38,294 nucleotides of DNA from Octopus bimaculoides (Eukaryota), in assembly GCF_001194135.2 (NCBI RefSeq), contig NC_068984.1, positions 48,322,751-48,361,044 of the forward strand, written 5' to 3'. Below, piece after piece: positions 23,927-37,300 of the stretch. The translations under genes were made by a program, and so were the position numbers. How positions within the stretch are numbered: the stretch's first letter is position 1; every line of letters starts with the position of its first letter. The notes under the pieces are model-generated. The model was not told the DNA's origin. It made no database searches and saw only the letters and a list, made by a program, of their open reading frames with translations.

Positions 23927-23930
23927 CTAT
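23725..23930 (+). repeat. (TC)n/(TCTA)n compound microsatellite
   Basis: Direct reading. Confidence 0.9.
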
Positions 23931-25430
23931 GTATCAACCTACCTATCTCCCTGTTTGTCTATGTATCTGTATGTCTATCTATCTACACACGTTCGTTTGT
24001 GTGCATAATTTTTTTATAATGTCTCATATTTCACTTGGGTCGTTATATTTTTTAAGCAATTTTTATTTTTCATGCGCGCAGCTTTAAAGCTGAAACAATT
24101 TAAATATTTATAGCTTTTATGCGTTTCTAAGGTTTATTTCTAATTCTCAGACGGAGCTTATTGCACATTAATCCCTAATGCTGACTTAAAATTGCGACTT
24201 ATATACACCTCCAATTATAATGATTTAGCATTTTCTTAATTATTTCAATTTTTAATTTTCTAAATCTTTTAAACTGAATACGTTACATGTTCACCTTCAG
24301 TCCTTTCATAGAACTGTTATTAATATATCACAAAGTATTAATTCTCTGTCCATATATTTTATTTATGTAGCCAAATTTGTTCTAACTTTCATAGTATATA
24401 ATTCTGCTGTTCACTTTAATCAAACTCTAAATTCTTATTTTCTGGTTTGACACTTAAGAGCACAACTATCCCTATTAGATTAGCCCCTGTTTTTTTCTTT
24501 TTGAATCTCTGTCCCCTTGCCTATACACTCTGGGACACAAAGTGGGTCTATTGTTGGGATGTGATTTTTGGTTTCCTTCACTTACCACACTACCTCCACA
24601 ATCACCACCAGCAACAACACCAACACCACAGGTAATATAATTAAGCTCATTATTTCATTCTTGATCAATTGTCAAGTTATCAATTTAATAAATTTTTACA
24701 CTTTCCCTTGTCGCTAGTGAATGTGGTCTGGTGGTCAAATAAATCCTCATCCATCAAACGAAATTCGGTGTTGTATATATATATAAATATATATATATAT
24801 ATANNNNNNNNNNNNNNNNNNNNNNNNNNNNNNNNNNNNNNNNNNNNNNNNNNNNNNNNNNNNNNNNNNNNNNNNNNNNNNNNNNNNNNNTATATATATT
24901 AAGGTTGCAAACTCGTGTTCGAAGATTGCCATCACCTGATCGAAATTCCCATACATGTGAAGGATACGACCAGCCATATTTATGATAGGTCTTACATTTT
25001 GTTTACAAGTGATACCGGTCCATGAAGATTTTTTTTAAATATTTTTTTTATAATGGGGAATGATTTTCACAAATCCAATCACACTCTGTGAACTTGAAAA
25101 AAAGTACTAGTCTATATTATCGAATATCGTGAGTGTCGCAGGTTTTCTCTCACAGTTTCCCTTTCCTAGAGAGATGCTGTGACAACAACAGAAGGGTCTC
25201 TCACTCTCAGTAGGCTAACCGCACACCTGGACACCAACCCAGGTATTACCACGTCCCTGTGCATACATGGATGTATACATTCCTATGTGCACATAGTTTT
25301 AGATGTCTGCTGACTGCTCATGAGCACTTCCACCCTTTAAAAGGTCTTATTTTTCGTCCTGCATGGTGTCCAACAACCACCCTCCACACCAAACAAGCCT
25401 GGTGAAGTATATATATATATATATATATAT

Positions 25431-26312
25431 AAGAGGGATGATCACTAGGTGGACATCCAACAAACTAAATGTAGACCCCATATGGTCTGACCACTATGAC
25501 AAAAAGTTCTCAAGAAAATTCGGTAAACGCCAAAGCGTAAGTGAGCAAGACAAATGAAAACTTACAAAATATAATGATTAGTCACATACCAGTTTTCATT
25601 GTTAACATTTACATATTAACATACGTAAATATCCGCAATTCATCAGTGCGACCGTCATAGAAAATATAATTTGCAAAACTGTACACGAGACGTCCACACG
25701 AAAGAGAACATGCAGACAGTTCTGTCAATTAAATTTGGGGGTATATTTCAAATGTCTTCGTTTTGGCGAGCCAAAGACGGAAATGGCTCTACAGAAAATA
25801 ATTTTCTGCATCGAGAACGTTGTTAATTAAATTTAAATTATATGGGTAAAAAACTGATAATAATTTGATTAATATCAATTTAAATCAGTGGCCTAGCATA
25901 TTGAAAAGGTCTGAAGATTCAGAAAAGTTATATTACATACATATAAGAGGGATGACCAATACGTAAATGTCGGCAAATCGTCAGTGCGACCATTATAGAA
26001 AATATAATTTGCAGAATTTTACACGAGACGTCCACACGAAAGAGAACATGTATACTGTTCTATCAATTATATCTAGGAGTATATTTCAAATGTCTTCGTT
26101 TCGGCGCCTCAAAGCCGGAAATTTTGTATCTTTTCATTTGTCTTGCTCTCTTATGTTCTGGCGTTTGCTGAATTTTCTTGAGAACATTTTTTCTTAGTGG
26201 TTAGATGATATGGGGTCTACATTAGTATATTGGATGTCCACCTAGTAGTCATCCCTCCTTTATGTATGTAATATAATTTTCCTGAGACTTCAGACTTTTC
26301 AATATGCTAGGC
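25431..26312. repeat. Mosaic of local direct and inverted repeats, possibly a rearranged MITE-like relic
   Basis: 25431-25570 is inverted at 26121-26259; 25622-25784 is repeated directly at 25960-26122; 25891-25956 is inverted at ~26249-26312. All copies are visibly diverged. Confidence 0.8.
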
Positions 26313-26650
26313 AAACACATGCGGACACTCATAGACATTTGCACACAAACGCTATCGCGTAGATTTGCATGTCTTTTCTTATTGCCTGAAATAGACTGTT
26401 ACCAAAATCCTATTTTATTTATGGATTGCTTTGTTTCAGTTTCAAAACTTAGGTATAGAAAATATATGTAGTGCATATCTTTGAAATTGCGCCTGTACGG
26501 GAAGTTGTTTTCTCTATTCATTGCAAAATCTCAAACACACGTGGCAATATTTCAGGCAAAAGTAGCATCTGCATACTATCCAGAGTCTACCGACTATGAT
26601 ACATACATACAAAGAAACATACATACATACGCACGCACACATAGATACAT

Positions 26651-26707
<57 letters not shown>

Positions 26708-26824
26708 TACTTATATACATATATACATACATGTACACACACGCACAGACGAAAATTCAATTCTTTATGCAACACCGTACGTATTGTGTGTCTTTTTAGT
26801 CCATTTTCACGAGTTGCTTAACGT

Positions 26825-27035
26825 GTTGATTTTTGAGGGCGACCACTTCTTCTGGCATCGTTCACACAGCCCGTAGTCATCAGCTTTGCGTGTCAACTTT
26901 TTATGTCTCTGGACGTTGTGTTGCGTGCTTACGTTTCCATGTATGCCATCATCTCTGAACCAAAACAATGCAATTCCACACTTCATAGGGTGCTGCTAAC
27001 TTCACTCGCTCCTGAACACTCAAACGACCGACGAT
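26825..27035 (-). mobile_element. Tc1/mariner-superfamily transposase N-terminal (DUF4817-type HTH) fragment
   Basis: VGRLSVQERVKLAAPYEVWNCIVLVQR*WHTWK then, after a frameshift, HAKLMTTGCVNDARRSGRP, matching the F..TGSV.D..RSGRP pattern. Preceded by an acceptor-like ATTTTTATTTTCCAG. Confidence 0.7.
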
Positions 27036-28044
27036 CTGGAAAATAAAAATAAGATAATAAGCCAATAAGAAACTAAAAAAATCTCCATTAGTTTTGTCTG
27101 TTTAAAAAATATTTTCGGCATGACTTCAGCGATACTAACAATTCTATAAGCGATTTTTAATGCCTAGTTACTTTCCACTCCCCCTGTATATATATATATA
27201 TANNNNNNNNNNNNNNNNNNNNNNNNNNNNNNNNNNNNNNNNNNNNNNNNNNNNNNNNNNNNNNNNNNNNNNNNNNNNNNNNNNNNNNNNNNNNNNNNNN
27301 NNNNNNNNNNNNNNNNNNNNNNNNNNNNNNNNNNNNNNNNNNNNNNNNNNNNNNNNNNNNNNNNNNNNNNNNNNNNNNNNNNNNNNNNNNNNNNNNNNNN
27401 NNNNNNNNNNNNNNNNNNNNNNNNNNNNNNNNNNNNNNNNNNNNNNNNNNNNNNNNNNNNNNNNNNNNNNNNNNNNNNNNNNNNNNNNNNNNNNNNNNNN
27501 NNNNNNNNNNNNNNNNNNNNNNNNNNNNNNNNNNNNNNNNNNNNNNNNNNNNNNNNNNNNNNNNNNNNNNNNNNNNNNNNNNNNNNNNNNNNNNNNNNNN
27601 NNNNNNNNNNNNNNNNNNNNNNNNNNNNNNNNNNNNNNNNNNNNNNNNNNNNNNNNNNNNNNNNNNNNNNNNNNNNNNNNNNNNNNNNNNNNNNNNNNNN
27701 NNNNNNNNNNNNNNNNNNNNNNNNNNNNNNNNNNNNNNNNNNNNNNNNNNNNNNNNNNNNNNNNNNNNNNNNNNNNNNNNNNNNNNNNNNNNNNNNNNNN
27801 NNNNNNNNNNNNNNNNNNNNNNNNNNNNNNNNNNNNNNNNNNNNNNNNNNNNNNNNNNNNNNNNNNNNNNNNNNNNNNNNNNNNNNNNNNNNNNNNNNNN
27901 NNNNNNNNNNNNNNNNNNNNNNNNNNNNNNNNNNNNNNNNNNNNNNNNNNNNNNNNNNNNNNNNNNNNNNNNNNNNNNNNNNNNNNNNNNNNNNNNNNNN
28001 NNNNNNNNNNNNNNNNNNNNNNTATATATACATATATATATATA

Positions 28045-28083
28045 GAGATAGATAAATAGATAGATAGATAGATAGATAGATAT

Positions 28084-28122
<39 letters not shown>
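28045..28122 (+). repeat. (GATA)n microsatellite
   Basis: Direct reading. Confidence 0.9.
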
Positions 28123-30107
28123 TGAACATGCAGAATAAAGAGAGTGAAATCCCTTTTATTTCATTAATATACAATTGTTTCATCGGAATTCGATCTCATG
28201 CATATTGCTGTATATATAAACTCCTACGAATGAAACTGTATATACATAACATAAATAAATGTACATAACCCATTATTTCTCTCTATTATATATACATGTC
28301 AGTGTATGTGTACCTTGAATATTATATATTATATATTACATATAAAATTTCAAACTATGCTAATGCGCAAGGGGTCTTTATTTTTTTGCAATTCAAAGAT
28401 GTTTTTGAACCTCAAATTCAAACCCTTGTAGGTTTACTGCAAATACAAAACCTTCCTCATCATAGATCTAGAAATGGATAATCCATATTTACAAAAGCGG
28501 GGAAGGATGTTGAATGATAAATGTATAATAAATGTATGGAAAAGCGTGCAAAATTAAGCAGCTGAAATATTGCAAGAAATATGAAAGATCTTGAACACCC
28601 ACTTTACACACGCGTGCACACACATATAAAGACACATACACACACACATTTATTTATATAACACTGGGCTGAATCCCTTTACCGTTTTGTTTGGTACTTT
28701 TTTACCTTTCTTTGCAATTTCGAATATATGAATAATATTAAACCAAAAAATAGATCGCAGTCATCAGAATGGTTGGAAATGCCAGTTTGATATTTGTAGA
28801 AGACTGAACAATGTTCTATACCGTAACATAGGAACAGAATAAAATTTTGAATTTTAAAGCTACTAAAGCTTGATTGATTATCGCCAAATAAAAATAATTA
28901 TGCTCAGAGTGTATGCAGTTTCGTATATCATCATATACGAAAAATATGTTCGTTTCGGTTACTGTCAGTCCCGTAGTCAGCTTTGTTGAAGCACATTTTA
29001 TGCTGTTTATACATGTACATCACGCGCTTTTTTCTCCAAGTACGATTCACCATCTGAATCGGGAAGCTCGGTGATCTTTTGTAAACATAGCATAATATTA
29101 TTTTCTGGTTTTGAGAAAGTACATTTGATACACTATAAATCCGTAAGAGGGATAATATTAGAAAGAAATATAAATTTACTTTTTATTACACAAATGCATG
29201 AAGTCCGGCTACTCGAACATTTAGTAGATAAAATTATGTGCTGGCTTGTAGGATGGTTACCAAACGTTACACTTGCAGTAGATTCTATAGTATTTATCAA
29301 AAAAATATAATTGAATGCACACACACACACTCACGCACACACACAATCACACAACTGACGCATACAAGCATATAAACATGTATATATGTACTAACTCATT
29401 TAAACACTCACATACATATGTATGTGCATATTGATTAGTTTTTTCTTATATGTATGTGTATGTATGCTTATGCTTTTGTTGGTATCTATTCGTGTTCCTT
29501 CGTCTGAGTGTGTGTAACTGTGTGTGCCTTTCTTTATAGAGAGAAATTTTATGTTCCAAACTTATTGGTATATTAACAATCTGTTCTGTTTGAAAATACA
29601 AAAGAAAAAAATCTTTTCTCTCCATTTATCTTACGGTTTCTCTGTTTTGCTTTGTAAAACATTCAGTCAACTTTTAATACCTTTCTTATCAACCTCTTAC
29701 AATCATGCACTCAGAAAATCTAGCGCTCTTTCCTATACCTGTAACATTTCTCATAAAAAATTCACAAGCTCCTTATATACAAATTGTAGATAGATACATT
29801 CACACGCAGAATTGCTAGCGCTCACAAATTTTTTCCAATTTTTTTTCTTTTTCTTTTTGACACTTACAGTCATTTATATTGAGCATTCTTAAACATCTGT
29901 TTATACGTATAGATTGAAACATAAATATAAGTGCACGAAAAGATATCTCTTGGATCACAGAAAACAAATATCGACTTAGAATTCATTACTTTCAATATAT
30001 GCATCGAAACGTCAAAGACTTTCCGTATTCCCGAGCGTCATACTAATACATCCTTTTGTTATTTACACCACCTGTCCTCGTCTGTTGTTATGTTTTCGTA
30101 TATTCTC

Positions 30108-30138
<31 letters not shown>

Positions 30139-30390
30139 NNNNNNNNNNNNNNNNNNNNNNNNNNNNNNNNNNNNNNNNNNNNNNNNNNNNNNNNNNNNNN
30201 NNNNNNNNNNNNNNNNNNNNNNNNNNNNNNNNNNNNNNNNNNNNNNNNNNNNNNNNNNNNNNNNNNNNNNNNNNNNNNNNNNNNNNNNNNNNNNNNNNNN
30301 NNNNNNNNNNNNNNNNNNNNNNNNNNNNNNNNNNNNNNNNNNNNNNNNNNNNNNNNNNNNNNNNNNNNNNNNNNNNNNNNNNNNNNNNNN

Positions 30391-30446
<56 letters not shown>

Positions 30447-31257
30447 GTTTATATATCATCTGCAGTTTCCATCTGCTGGTATAGCTTACCTATAAATTAG
30501 ATTGTCAAAGGCTTTCTCTTACCTCTTACGATGAAAAGTAAAATCTCCAATCTTGGGCTCAAGAATATCATGATGTTTTCGAAACATTTAATTATGACAA
30601 TCATTATTTTTATCTTGATAAGCATAACATTGACAACGGATGAACATCAATATTTGAAATCCAATAATTGATTATTAATTTCTAAACTAGAAATTTAATT
30701 GCATTACCTTTGTTAAATATATTTTGAAAGCATTTAAAATTTGCAAGGGAATATTTGAGAATTGGTAGTTTAAATGTTATAGTCGACGGTTCAATGGCGT
30801 ACCGAGACGATGAATGATCTGAGTTCCTAAAATTTACGATATATTGAAGCAAAATTCCTACAATTTAGCTATTATAAACTATTTAATAGAGAATTAAAGA
30901 AAATGTTCACGTCTGAGGTGGGTTCTTTGATTCCAGGTTACTGGCTAGAGGAAACAAGAATTTTAACAAGAACAATAGTAAAAGTAAATAACTTAGCAAT
31001 GAAGTTTCCACGTGATTTTCTTTGTTTCCGCATGGTTTCGCTGATTCGTAAAAATTTGGTTTTCTTTGTGATATTAAATATTTGGTCAAAATGATATTCT
31101 CAAATATGTGTCCAAATGTGTATATACTGTAAATAAATATTAGTTACTCATCTTTCTACAGGCAGAAGACGGTATTCTTTCACCGTTGAATATTTATGAG
31201 GAAAGAAACTAGGGAAATCGTCATAATTTCTGTAGTCTCAAAATGTCAAAACATGAT

Positions 31258-31317
<60 letters not shown>

Positions 31318-31369
31318 GCACACATATATATAAAGTCAACCATAAGTCACTAGCTGCATGACTTTGTTG

Positions 31370-31843
31370 TAGTCGGAAATCTTGGCGAGTGGCTACATGA
31401 AATTCTAAAAGATAGAAGTCAGGCAGTGGTATCTAAGGGAAAACAGATAGTGAGTGGTGTTCCACTGAGCTCTGCTGTCTAGGGGCCAATGCTATTCATA
31501 GTGAACCCCACTCCCCAGACATGTCCTCAACTGCTAGGATGGCAAGCCTTGCTAGCTATGCAGAAGGCACGAAATCTCTTAGAGGATGCGGAACTATGGA
31601 GAAAATGCGCAACACAGGAAGTTGGATGGAATACACAGGTGTGCTGAGGACAATAATAGGCAGTTTAACGCTGAAATATTCGAAGACTTGCGCTACCAGC
31701 ACACAAAGCTGAATGAAATGCAGGCAGCAGGTACTGGTCCAGGAGGAACTGCAAACTCTGAATCAAAATCAGTGCATGACCTGGGCTTTGACATAAGTAA
31801 TGACGCATCCTTTCAATCGACCAGGATGCGTCCAAAGATTTAA
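31370..31843 (+). mobile_element. Decayed CR1-group LINE reverse transcriptase fragment
   Basis: GNLGEWLHEILKDRSQAVV; SGVP (31453-31464); GPMLFI; LASYAEGTK (31557-31571, degenerate YADDTK); and a later DLG motif. Confidence 0.75.
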
Positions 31844-31899
31844 GAGTTAATGGAAATATTGTTCAAATCAATAGTATGTATAAATCCTTTTAATTGTCT

Positions 31900-33610
31900 A
31901 TTTTTATTTACTGGTTGATATTGGTTGGTTCTATATTCAGTTGTGGCGTATACTTGTTAATAAATTGCTTTTCTTTATTTAGTCATTGTTGTTGGTTTAA
32001 AGAATCTCAGTACTTGTACAGGGAAAACAATTTGAAATTGGGTACATCCATTCCTGCACAGGCTGCACATTGACCGCTTTTTTATCTTTTTTTGTCATGT
32101 TTTTATCTTGGATATATTGGCAATGAGTCATCCATCTGTTGCGTAATGATCTTCCCGTATGACCTATGAAATTATGTTGGCAACCAATGTATGTGATTAC
32201 GTAAATCAGGTTTTCTGTGTTGCAGGTGAGATTGGATTTAAATTTGAAGGTTTAACCGTCTTTCAATTTAAATTCTGGTCCTTCAGTTGGGTAACGGAAG
32301 GTGCTGCATTTTCTTCTTCCACCATTTTGTGACAGTTTGGCCAGGTTTTTAATTTGCGAGTTTTTGCTCTAGTGAGAATAAGTTTTAATGCTTTGGGGTT
32401 GCCTTTTGCTTTTGATGATTTGTTGTTTTTTTCTCATTTTGGCATCTGCAAAATAAAATGGGGTGGTTTTTGTGGATGTGATCAAATATTTTAGTGTTTC
32501 TGAGATTAAAGGTTGACACAAATAGTAAGACATTTTCCTTTTTGTTTTTTGCTTTCCTAAGTACATTGATATCTATTTGTTTTGCCTTGTTTGTTCCGCT
32601 GTTGATTATGCCAGAAAGGAAAGCACTTCGGATAACTGTTTCCTTATCTAGTCTTTGTTCATGTTTGAACGCTTCTCATACAATGGTACAAATTCGTCAT
32701 GCCAGGTTGAAGGGAATACTGAGATTCGTGTGTTTTGGGTGACATGATATAAAAAGAAGGTACTGTACGGCGTCAGTGGGTTTGAAGAATATGTCCATTT
32801 CTATATTCCTACCTTGGTTTGTGGTTAGGATATTCAGAAAGGCGAGTTCTTTGAGATAAAACTCCATAGTGAATTTTATGCTATTCCTGAGGTTGTTTAA
32901 CATTTTCTTGAATTCAGTTAGCTTTTCAATGTTTTTGCTGCATAAGATAAAACAGTCATCCAGGTATCTTTCCAATTGTTTCTGAGTTGCGTATGATACG
33001 TGTCACCAAATATTGGAAGAGTTGGTTGTAAATCTTTTGTTTATTGAATCCCATGACTAAGTTAGCTTATGTGAAGGCTATTTTCGTACACATCGCTGTT
33101 CCTGATGTTTGCTGGTAATCCGAAACGTTGAAGGTAAAATGGTTGTTTTCAAGTATGAGTCTCAGCTCATAAATAATAAATTCTTTTCCTTTGTGTGTTG
33201 GATGTTCAGCTTGGTGAGTGTCTAACTAGTATTGGAATGCAATTATTTCATAGACATGGCGAATGTTAGTGTAGAGGTTGACAACGTCAAATAAAGTGAA
33301 AATTTTATGCTTATTTACCGTTTTTGACAGATAATTTAGTATATCTAGGTAATCGCGTATGTAGCTCTGTATATATTTTAGGAACTATTTTAGGAAGATG
33401 TTCAAGAAGTTGCGGAGTCTGTGTGTTTCACATGCTCTGCATGCTATGATCGGTCTAAGTTTTAAATCATCTGGAGGTGTTAACTGCATATTTAGGAGCA
33501 TCACTTATCCATTTGCATTTTCGATTTTTGGTAAACCATAAAAAATGCTCGTTTTGCATTTGAAGTGGCATATAAAGTTAATTTCTTTCCTAGACATAAA
33601 ACCCATTCAA
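31900..33610 (-). mobile_element. Decayed Penelope-like retroelement covering most of RT plus GIY-YIG
   Basis: Minus strand: FYGLPKI, LRPIIA, FDVVNLYTNI, ILENNHFTFN, GTAM, RYLDDCF (YLDD 32955-32966), FKPTDAVQYLLFISCHPKHTNLSIPFNLA, TENLIYVITYIGCQHNFIGHTGRSLRNR (LIY 32201-32209), QFINKYTPQLN. Confidence 0.92.
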
Positions 33611-33929
33611 TAAAAGCTTTTAAGCCAATCTCTCGGCAGGAAACCACAGATATATTTTTGGACAATACACCTCCCACATTTTCTCTCTAGCATCTTGAAC
33701 TCTATACCAAACTATATTTAAAGAAATCTCCAGACTTGTTCTGACCATCAAATAGAAAATAGACACAAGCTGCTTTTGCTTCAAATTTCCATTAATATTT
33801 GATAAGATTAAATTCATCATCGAAAGCGGTAATATTTTTTTTTTTTCTATATATAATATTTAAATCTTTGTATTAAATTCTTTCTAAATTGAAATGTCTC
33901 ACATTATACTTTATGTTGTTTCCACCCCT

Positions 33930-33987
<58 letters not shown>

Positions 33988-34490
33988 NNNNNNNNNNNNN
34001 NNNNNNNNNNNNNNNNNNNNNNNNNNNNNNNNNNNNNNNNNNNNNNNNNNNNNNNNNNNNNNNNNNNNNNNNNNNNNNNNNNNNNNNNNNNNNNNNNNNN
34101 NNNNNNNNNNNNNNNNNNNNNNNNNNNNNNNNNNNNNNNNNNNNNNNNNNNNNNNNNNNNNNNNNNNNNNNNNNNNNNNNNNNNNNNNNNNNNNNNNNNN
34201 NNNNNNNNNNNNNNNNNNNNNNNNNNNNNNNNNNNNNNNNNNNNNNNNNNNNNNNNNNNNNNNNNNNNNNNNNNNNNNNNNNNNNNNNNNNNNNNNNNNN
34301 NNNNNNNNNNNNNNNNNNNNNNNNNNNNNNNNNNNNNNNNNNNNNNNNNNNNNNNNNNNNNNNNNNNNNNNNNNNNNNNNNNNNNNNNNNNNNNNNNNNN
34401 NNNNNNNNNNNNNNNNNNNNNNNNNNNNNNNNNNNNNNNNNNNNNNNNNNNNNNNNNNNNNNNNNNNNNNNNNNNNNNNNACATATATAT

Positions 34491-34530
34491 ATACTAGCAG
34501 AGATACCAGGCCTTGCTCGGGATTGAAATG
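34491..34530 (+). mobile_element. Possible terminus of a non-autonomous Helitron-like repeat
   Basis: TACTAGCAGAGATACCAGGCCTTGCTCGGG resembles the ACTAG...CCCGGCGTTGCTCGGG type terminus with a subterminal hairpin. Recognition only. Confidence 0.3.
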
Positions 34531-34565
34531 ACATAGTATTTTTATTGTTTCACTTGCTTCCGTAT

Positions 34566-34727
34566 TGTGACTGCGGCCATGCTGTAGCACCACCGTTGTT
34601 GAACAAAAAGACCACAGGATTTATTCTTCGTAAGCCTAGTACTGAATCTATCAATGTTTTTTGCTAAACCGCTAGATTATGGGAACGTAAACACAACAAC
34701 AACGGATGTCAAGCAATGATGTGGATA

Positions 34728-34766
<39 letters not shown>

Positions 34767-34864
34767 ACACACACACACATACACACACACACACAATATA
34801 CACATATATACGACAGTTTTCTTTCGGTTTCCACTCACAAAGCTTTGGTCGGCCTGATGCTATA
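34566..34864 (-). mobile_element. Decayed SINE body containing a (CA)n tract, tRNA head missing
   Basis: ACTGCGGCCATGCTG...TAAGCCTAGTACT...CTAAACCGCTAG...CCACTCACAAAGCTTTGGTCGGCC resembles, from recollection, the reverse strand of a very abundant octopus SINE. Confidence 0.6.
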
Positions 34865-34899
34865 ATATATATGTATATCCATATATGTATATATATTGA

Positions 34900-35690
34900 C
34901 ATATACTTCAACTCAATATTCAGGAACTCAGACATCCCAAATTACAGAAGGATTTACAGCCAAAAGCCCTACCATACATCGCCACACACAACCCTCTTAA
35001 GAATGAAGCCTTCGACACCATCCTTGAAAACATTCCCCTCCTAAAAAAGGACCACAGAATGAACTTAAATCCTCCAAACACACACCATCATAAAAAGCAA
35101 GAGACAACCCAAATCTATGAAAAGTCTCTCCTAACACAGGCCCGAATACGCTCAACAACAATAACACAGAAGCCGTCAGTAAAAAAATGCGGAAGACCCA
35201 ACTGTGTGATATGCGTCAATTTAATTGAGGGATCAGAGTTCTCCTTCAAACAGGGACAACGTTTCACAGTGAAAAGCAGCTTCACGTGTGCTTCGGAGAA
35301 CCTGATATATGCACTAACCTGCTTTGGGTGTCAAGAGCAATATATAGGATAAACAAAATATAGTCTACATAAAAGGGTGGCTCTGCACAGATCGCAGATC
35401 AAAATTCTGCACAGATCCCAGATCAAAATAAATGGCTTCAAATTTTGACACAAAAGTAGCAATTTCACGGAAGGGGATTAGTCGATTACAGCGAACCCAG
35501 TATTCAACGACGGCGAAAGGATGAAAGGCAAAATCGACCTGAACGGAATTTGAACTCAAAACGTAAAGAAGGACGATATGCCTCTAAGCATTTTGGCAGG
35601 CGTGATAACGATGGTGGGGAGAATAAATACTAAAACTCGTAAATCATGAGAAACATATTCCGTAGAATTAAATATTAAGAAAGATCTATA
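34900..35690 (+). mobile_element. 5'-truncated Penelope-like retroelement (linker, GIY-YIG, 3' repeat region), related to the 31900-33610 copy
   Basis: ALPYIAT; EAFDTILENIPLLKKDHRMN; VKKCGRPNCVICVNL; FTCASENLIYALTCFGCQEQYIG*TKYSLHKRV. Confidence 0.88.
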
Positions 35691-36929
35691 AATAAAATGT
35701 GATAGCACTGGTGAAAAATGAGGGATTTTGGCAGAATATCCGAAGAAAAAAAACAAAGGGGAACAAATAATGCTGTGAAATATTACAGACCGTGCATATA
35801 AGAATCGTTTTCTTTTACACATACATTTGCGTCTGAGTGTTTGTGTGTCTGTGTGTGCGTTAACATGATCCACTCGATTGACACACAATTTATATATGTT
35901 GTATGACTATATATTAAGCGTAATTTTAAACGGCACAAGACTGTGATTTTAAGTTTTGTAGCCATAAAATAACGCTTGTATAATCTACATTACCGAAGCT
36001 TTAACAGCAAATTAATTCTTTCATTCAAAGTTGTTCCAATATAGTAACATATAACGAAGCGTGCCGAAGATATCGAAAATTCTTTCACGTCATTTAGCTT
36101 CTTAAGCAAAATTTCAAAATGAGTTCCAAGGAAGGAAATTAATATTCAGAAATAACGAGTATAGCAGTAAACACAACTACAACGTAAATGCCTTTTTTGA
36201 TAAATAAATGAACAGATATATTAGAACATGTAATGGAAATTTTCAACGTTTGTTCGTCAATGTAGTAACAAAAATAGTTGCGTATAGTTTTCATTTATTT
36301 TACTGCTTACCACTAGAGAAAATACATCACGTGTGATCTTGCTTTATTAAAGTGTAGAAGTAATTCTACTGCAGATGGTGTCACACTAAAGACTATACAT
36401 GGGAAATTCAATTTCAGCAGCTGAAATGAATCAGTTTTTGTGAAAATATATAACAGTAACACAATTAGATAATTTATGCTGATGGCGGATTCTTAAAAAA
36501 CGTCTCACCATCGATTCGAATCTTTATATTAATTTACTGCAATAATGTGTAGCAAGCATGTTTACAGTGTACTTTTAAGTACCCACATTTTAGCTCGTCA
36601 CCATTGTTTTGTGGAAGCGGTCACATGACCATAACCGTTCGTGTCAATTGGATGCTTTAAGTCATCCAGTCAGACCACTTGCTCGACCAGAAAAATGTGG
36701 TCCTTTTTGAGCCTACCCGTAGCTATTCAAAGATGGTTTGTCACACTTTTTTTTTCTTCAGTGAAGTGGATTGTACGATGAATTTTGGATCTTTGGCATA
36801 GATCAAGTCTTATTCCGCTTTGTATTCTTAGTTAGGAAAGAATTGTTAGCAGACGTTTTATCGCCATGCTTTGTGTTCTTTCCGCGCACATCATCATTTT
36901 CAAGGTGCACGCAGAACTAATATATTTTT

Positions 36930-37124
36930 CAGTTCTATATTTAAGAGATTTGGAATTATGTACGTTATTTAGATTATTTACACTTGACAGATATTTGTCC
37001 TCATCTTGTTTGTTGTCAACACGTTTAGGCTGATATACCCTCCAGCCTTCATCAGGTGTCTTGGGAAAATTGCGAAGCTGGGATCTCATTCCTAAGGTAT
37101 TTTTCGATGTTGTTGTTGTTGTTG

Positions 37125-37184
<60 letters not shown>
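36930..37184 (-). mobile_element. 3' part of a non-autonomous retroelement: (AAT)n linker plus a hammerhead-bearing tail
   Basis: Minus strand: (AAT)n(AAC)n-ATCGAAAAATACCTTAGGAATGAG...AAGACACCTGATGAAGGCTGGAGGGTATATCAGCC...TCTCTTAAATATAGAACTG. Non-coding. Confidence 0.65.
37018..37060 (-). ncRNA. Minimal type I hammerhead ribozyme relic, probably inactive
   Basis: GACAC-CTGATGA-A-GGCTG-GAGGGTATAT-CAGCC-TAAA-C-GTGTT: intact CUGAUGA, 5-bp stem II, stem I GACAC/GUGUU. GAAA is changed to UAAA (37027) and the GUH cleavage triplet is absent. Confidence 0.7.
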
Positions 37185-37186
<2 letters not shown>

Positions 37187-37300
37187 AACCTCCTAAGCAG
37201 ACCGAGTGCAGATATGAACAGCCTATGGGAACGGGCATTAAAGAAGCATAGGAGAATATTAGATTTGTAAGCCCTAAAATTCACTCCATAATTTGCCCAC

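Noticed and set aside
2776-34593. Many track ORFs rich in YI/HT/CV/LS dipeptides or X runs
   Set aside because: They are translations of (TA)n, (CA)n, (TCTA)n microsatellites and N-gaps, not proteins.
35598-35645. Third hammerhead relic (GTGATAA...GGT...ACT-AAAA-CTCGTA) at the 3' end of the PLE
   Set aside because: The position is suggestive, but both core boxes carry mismatches and no clear stems can be drawn.
36610-36635. E-box/CLEAR-like GGTCACATGACC
   Set aside because: A single short motif with no supporting gene context; expected by chance in 38 kb.
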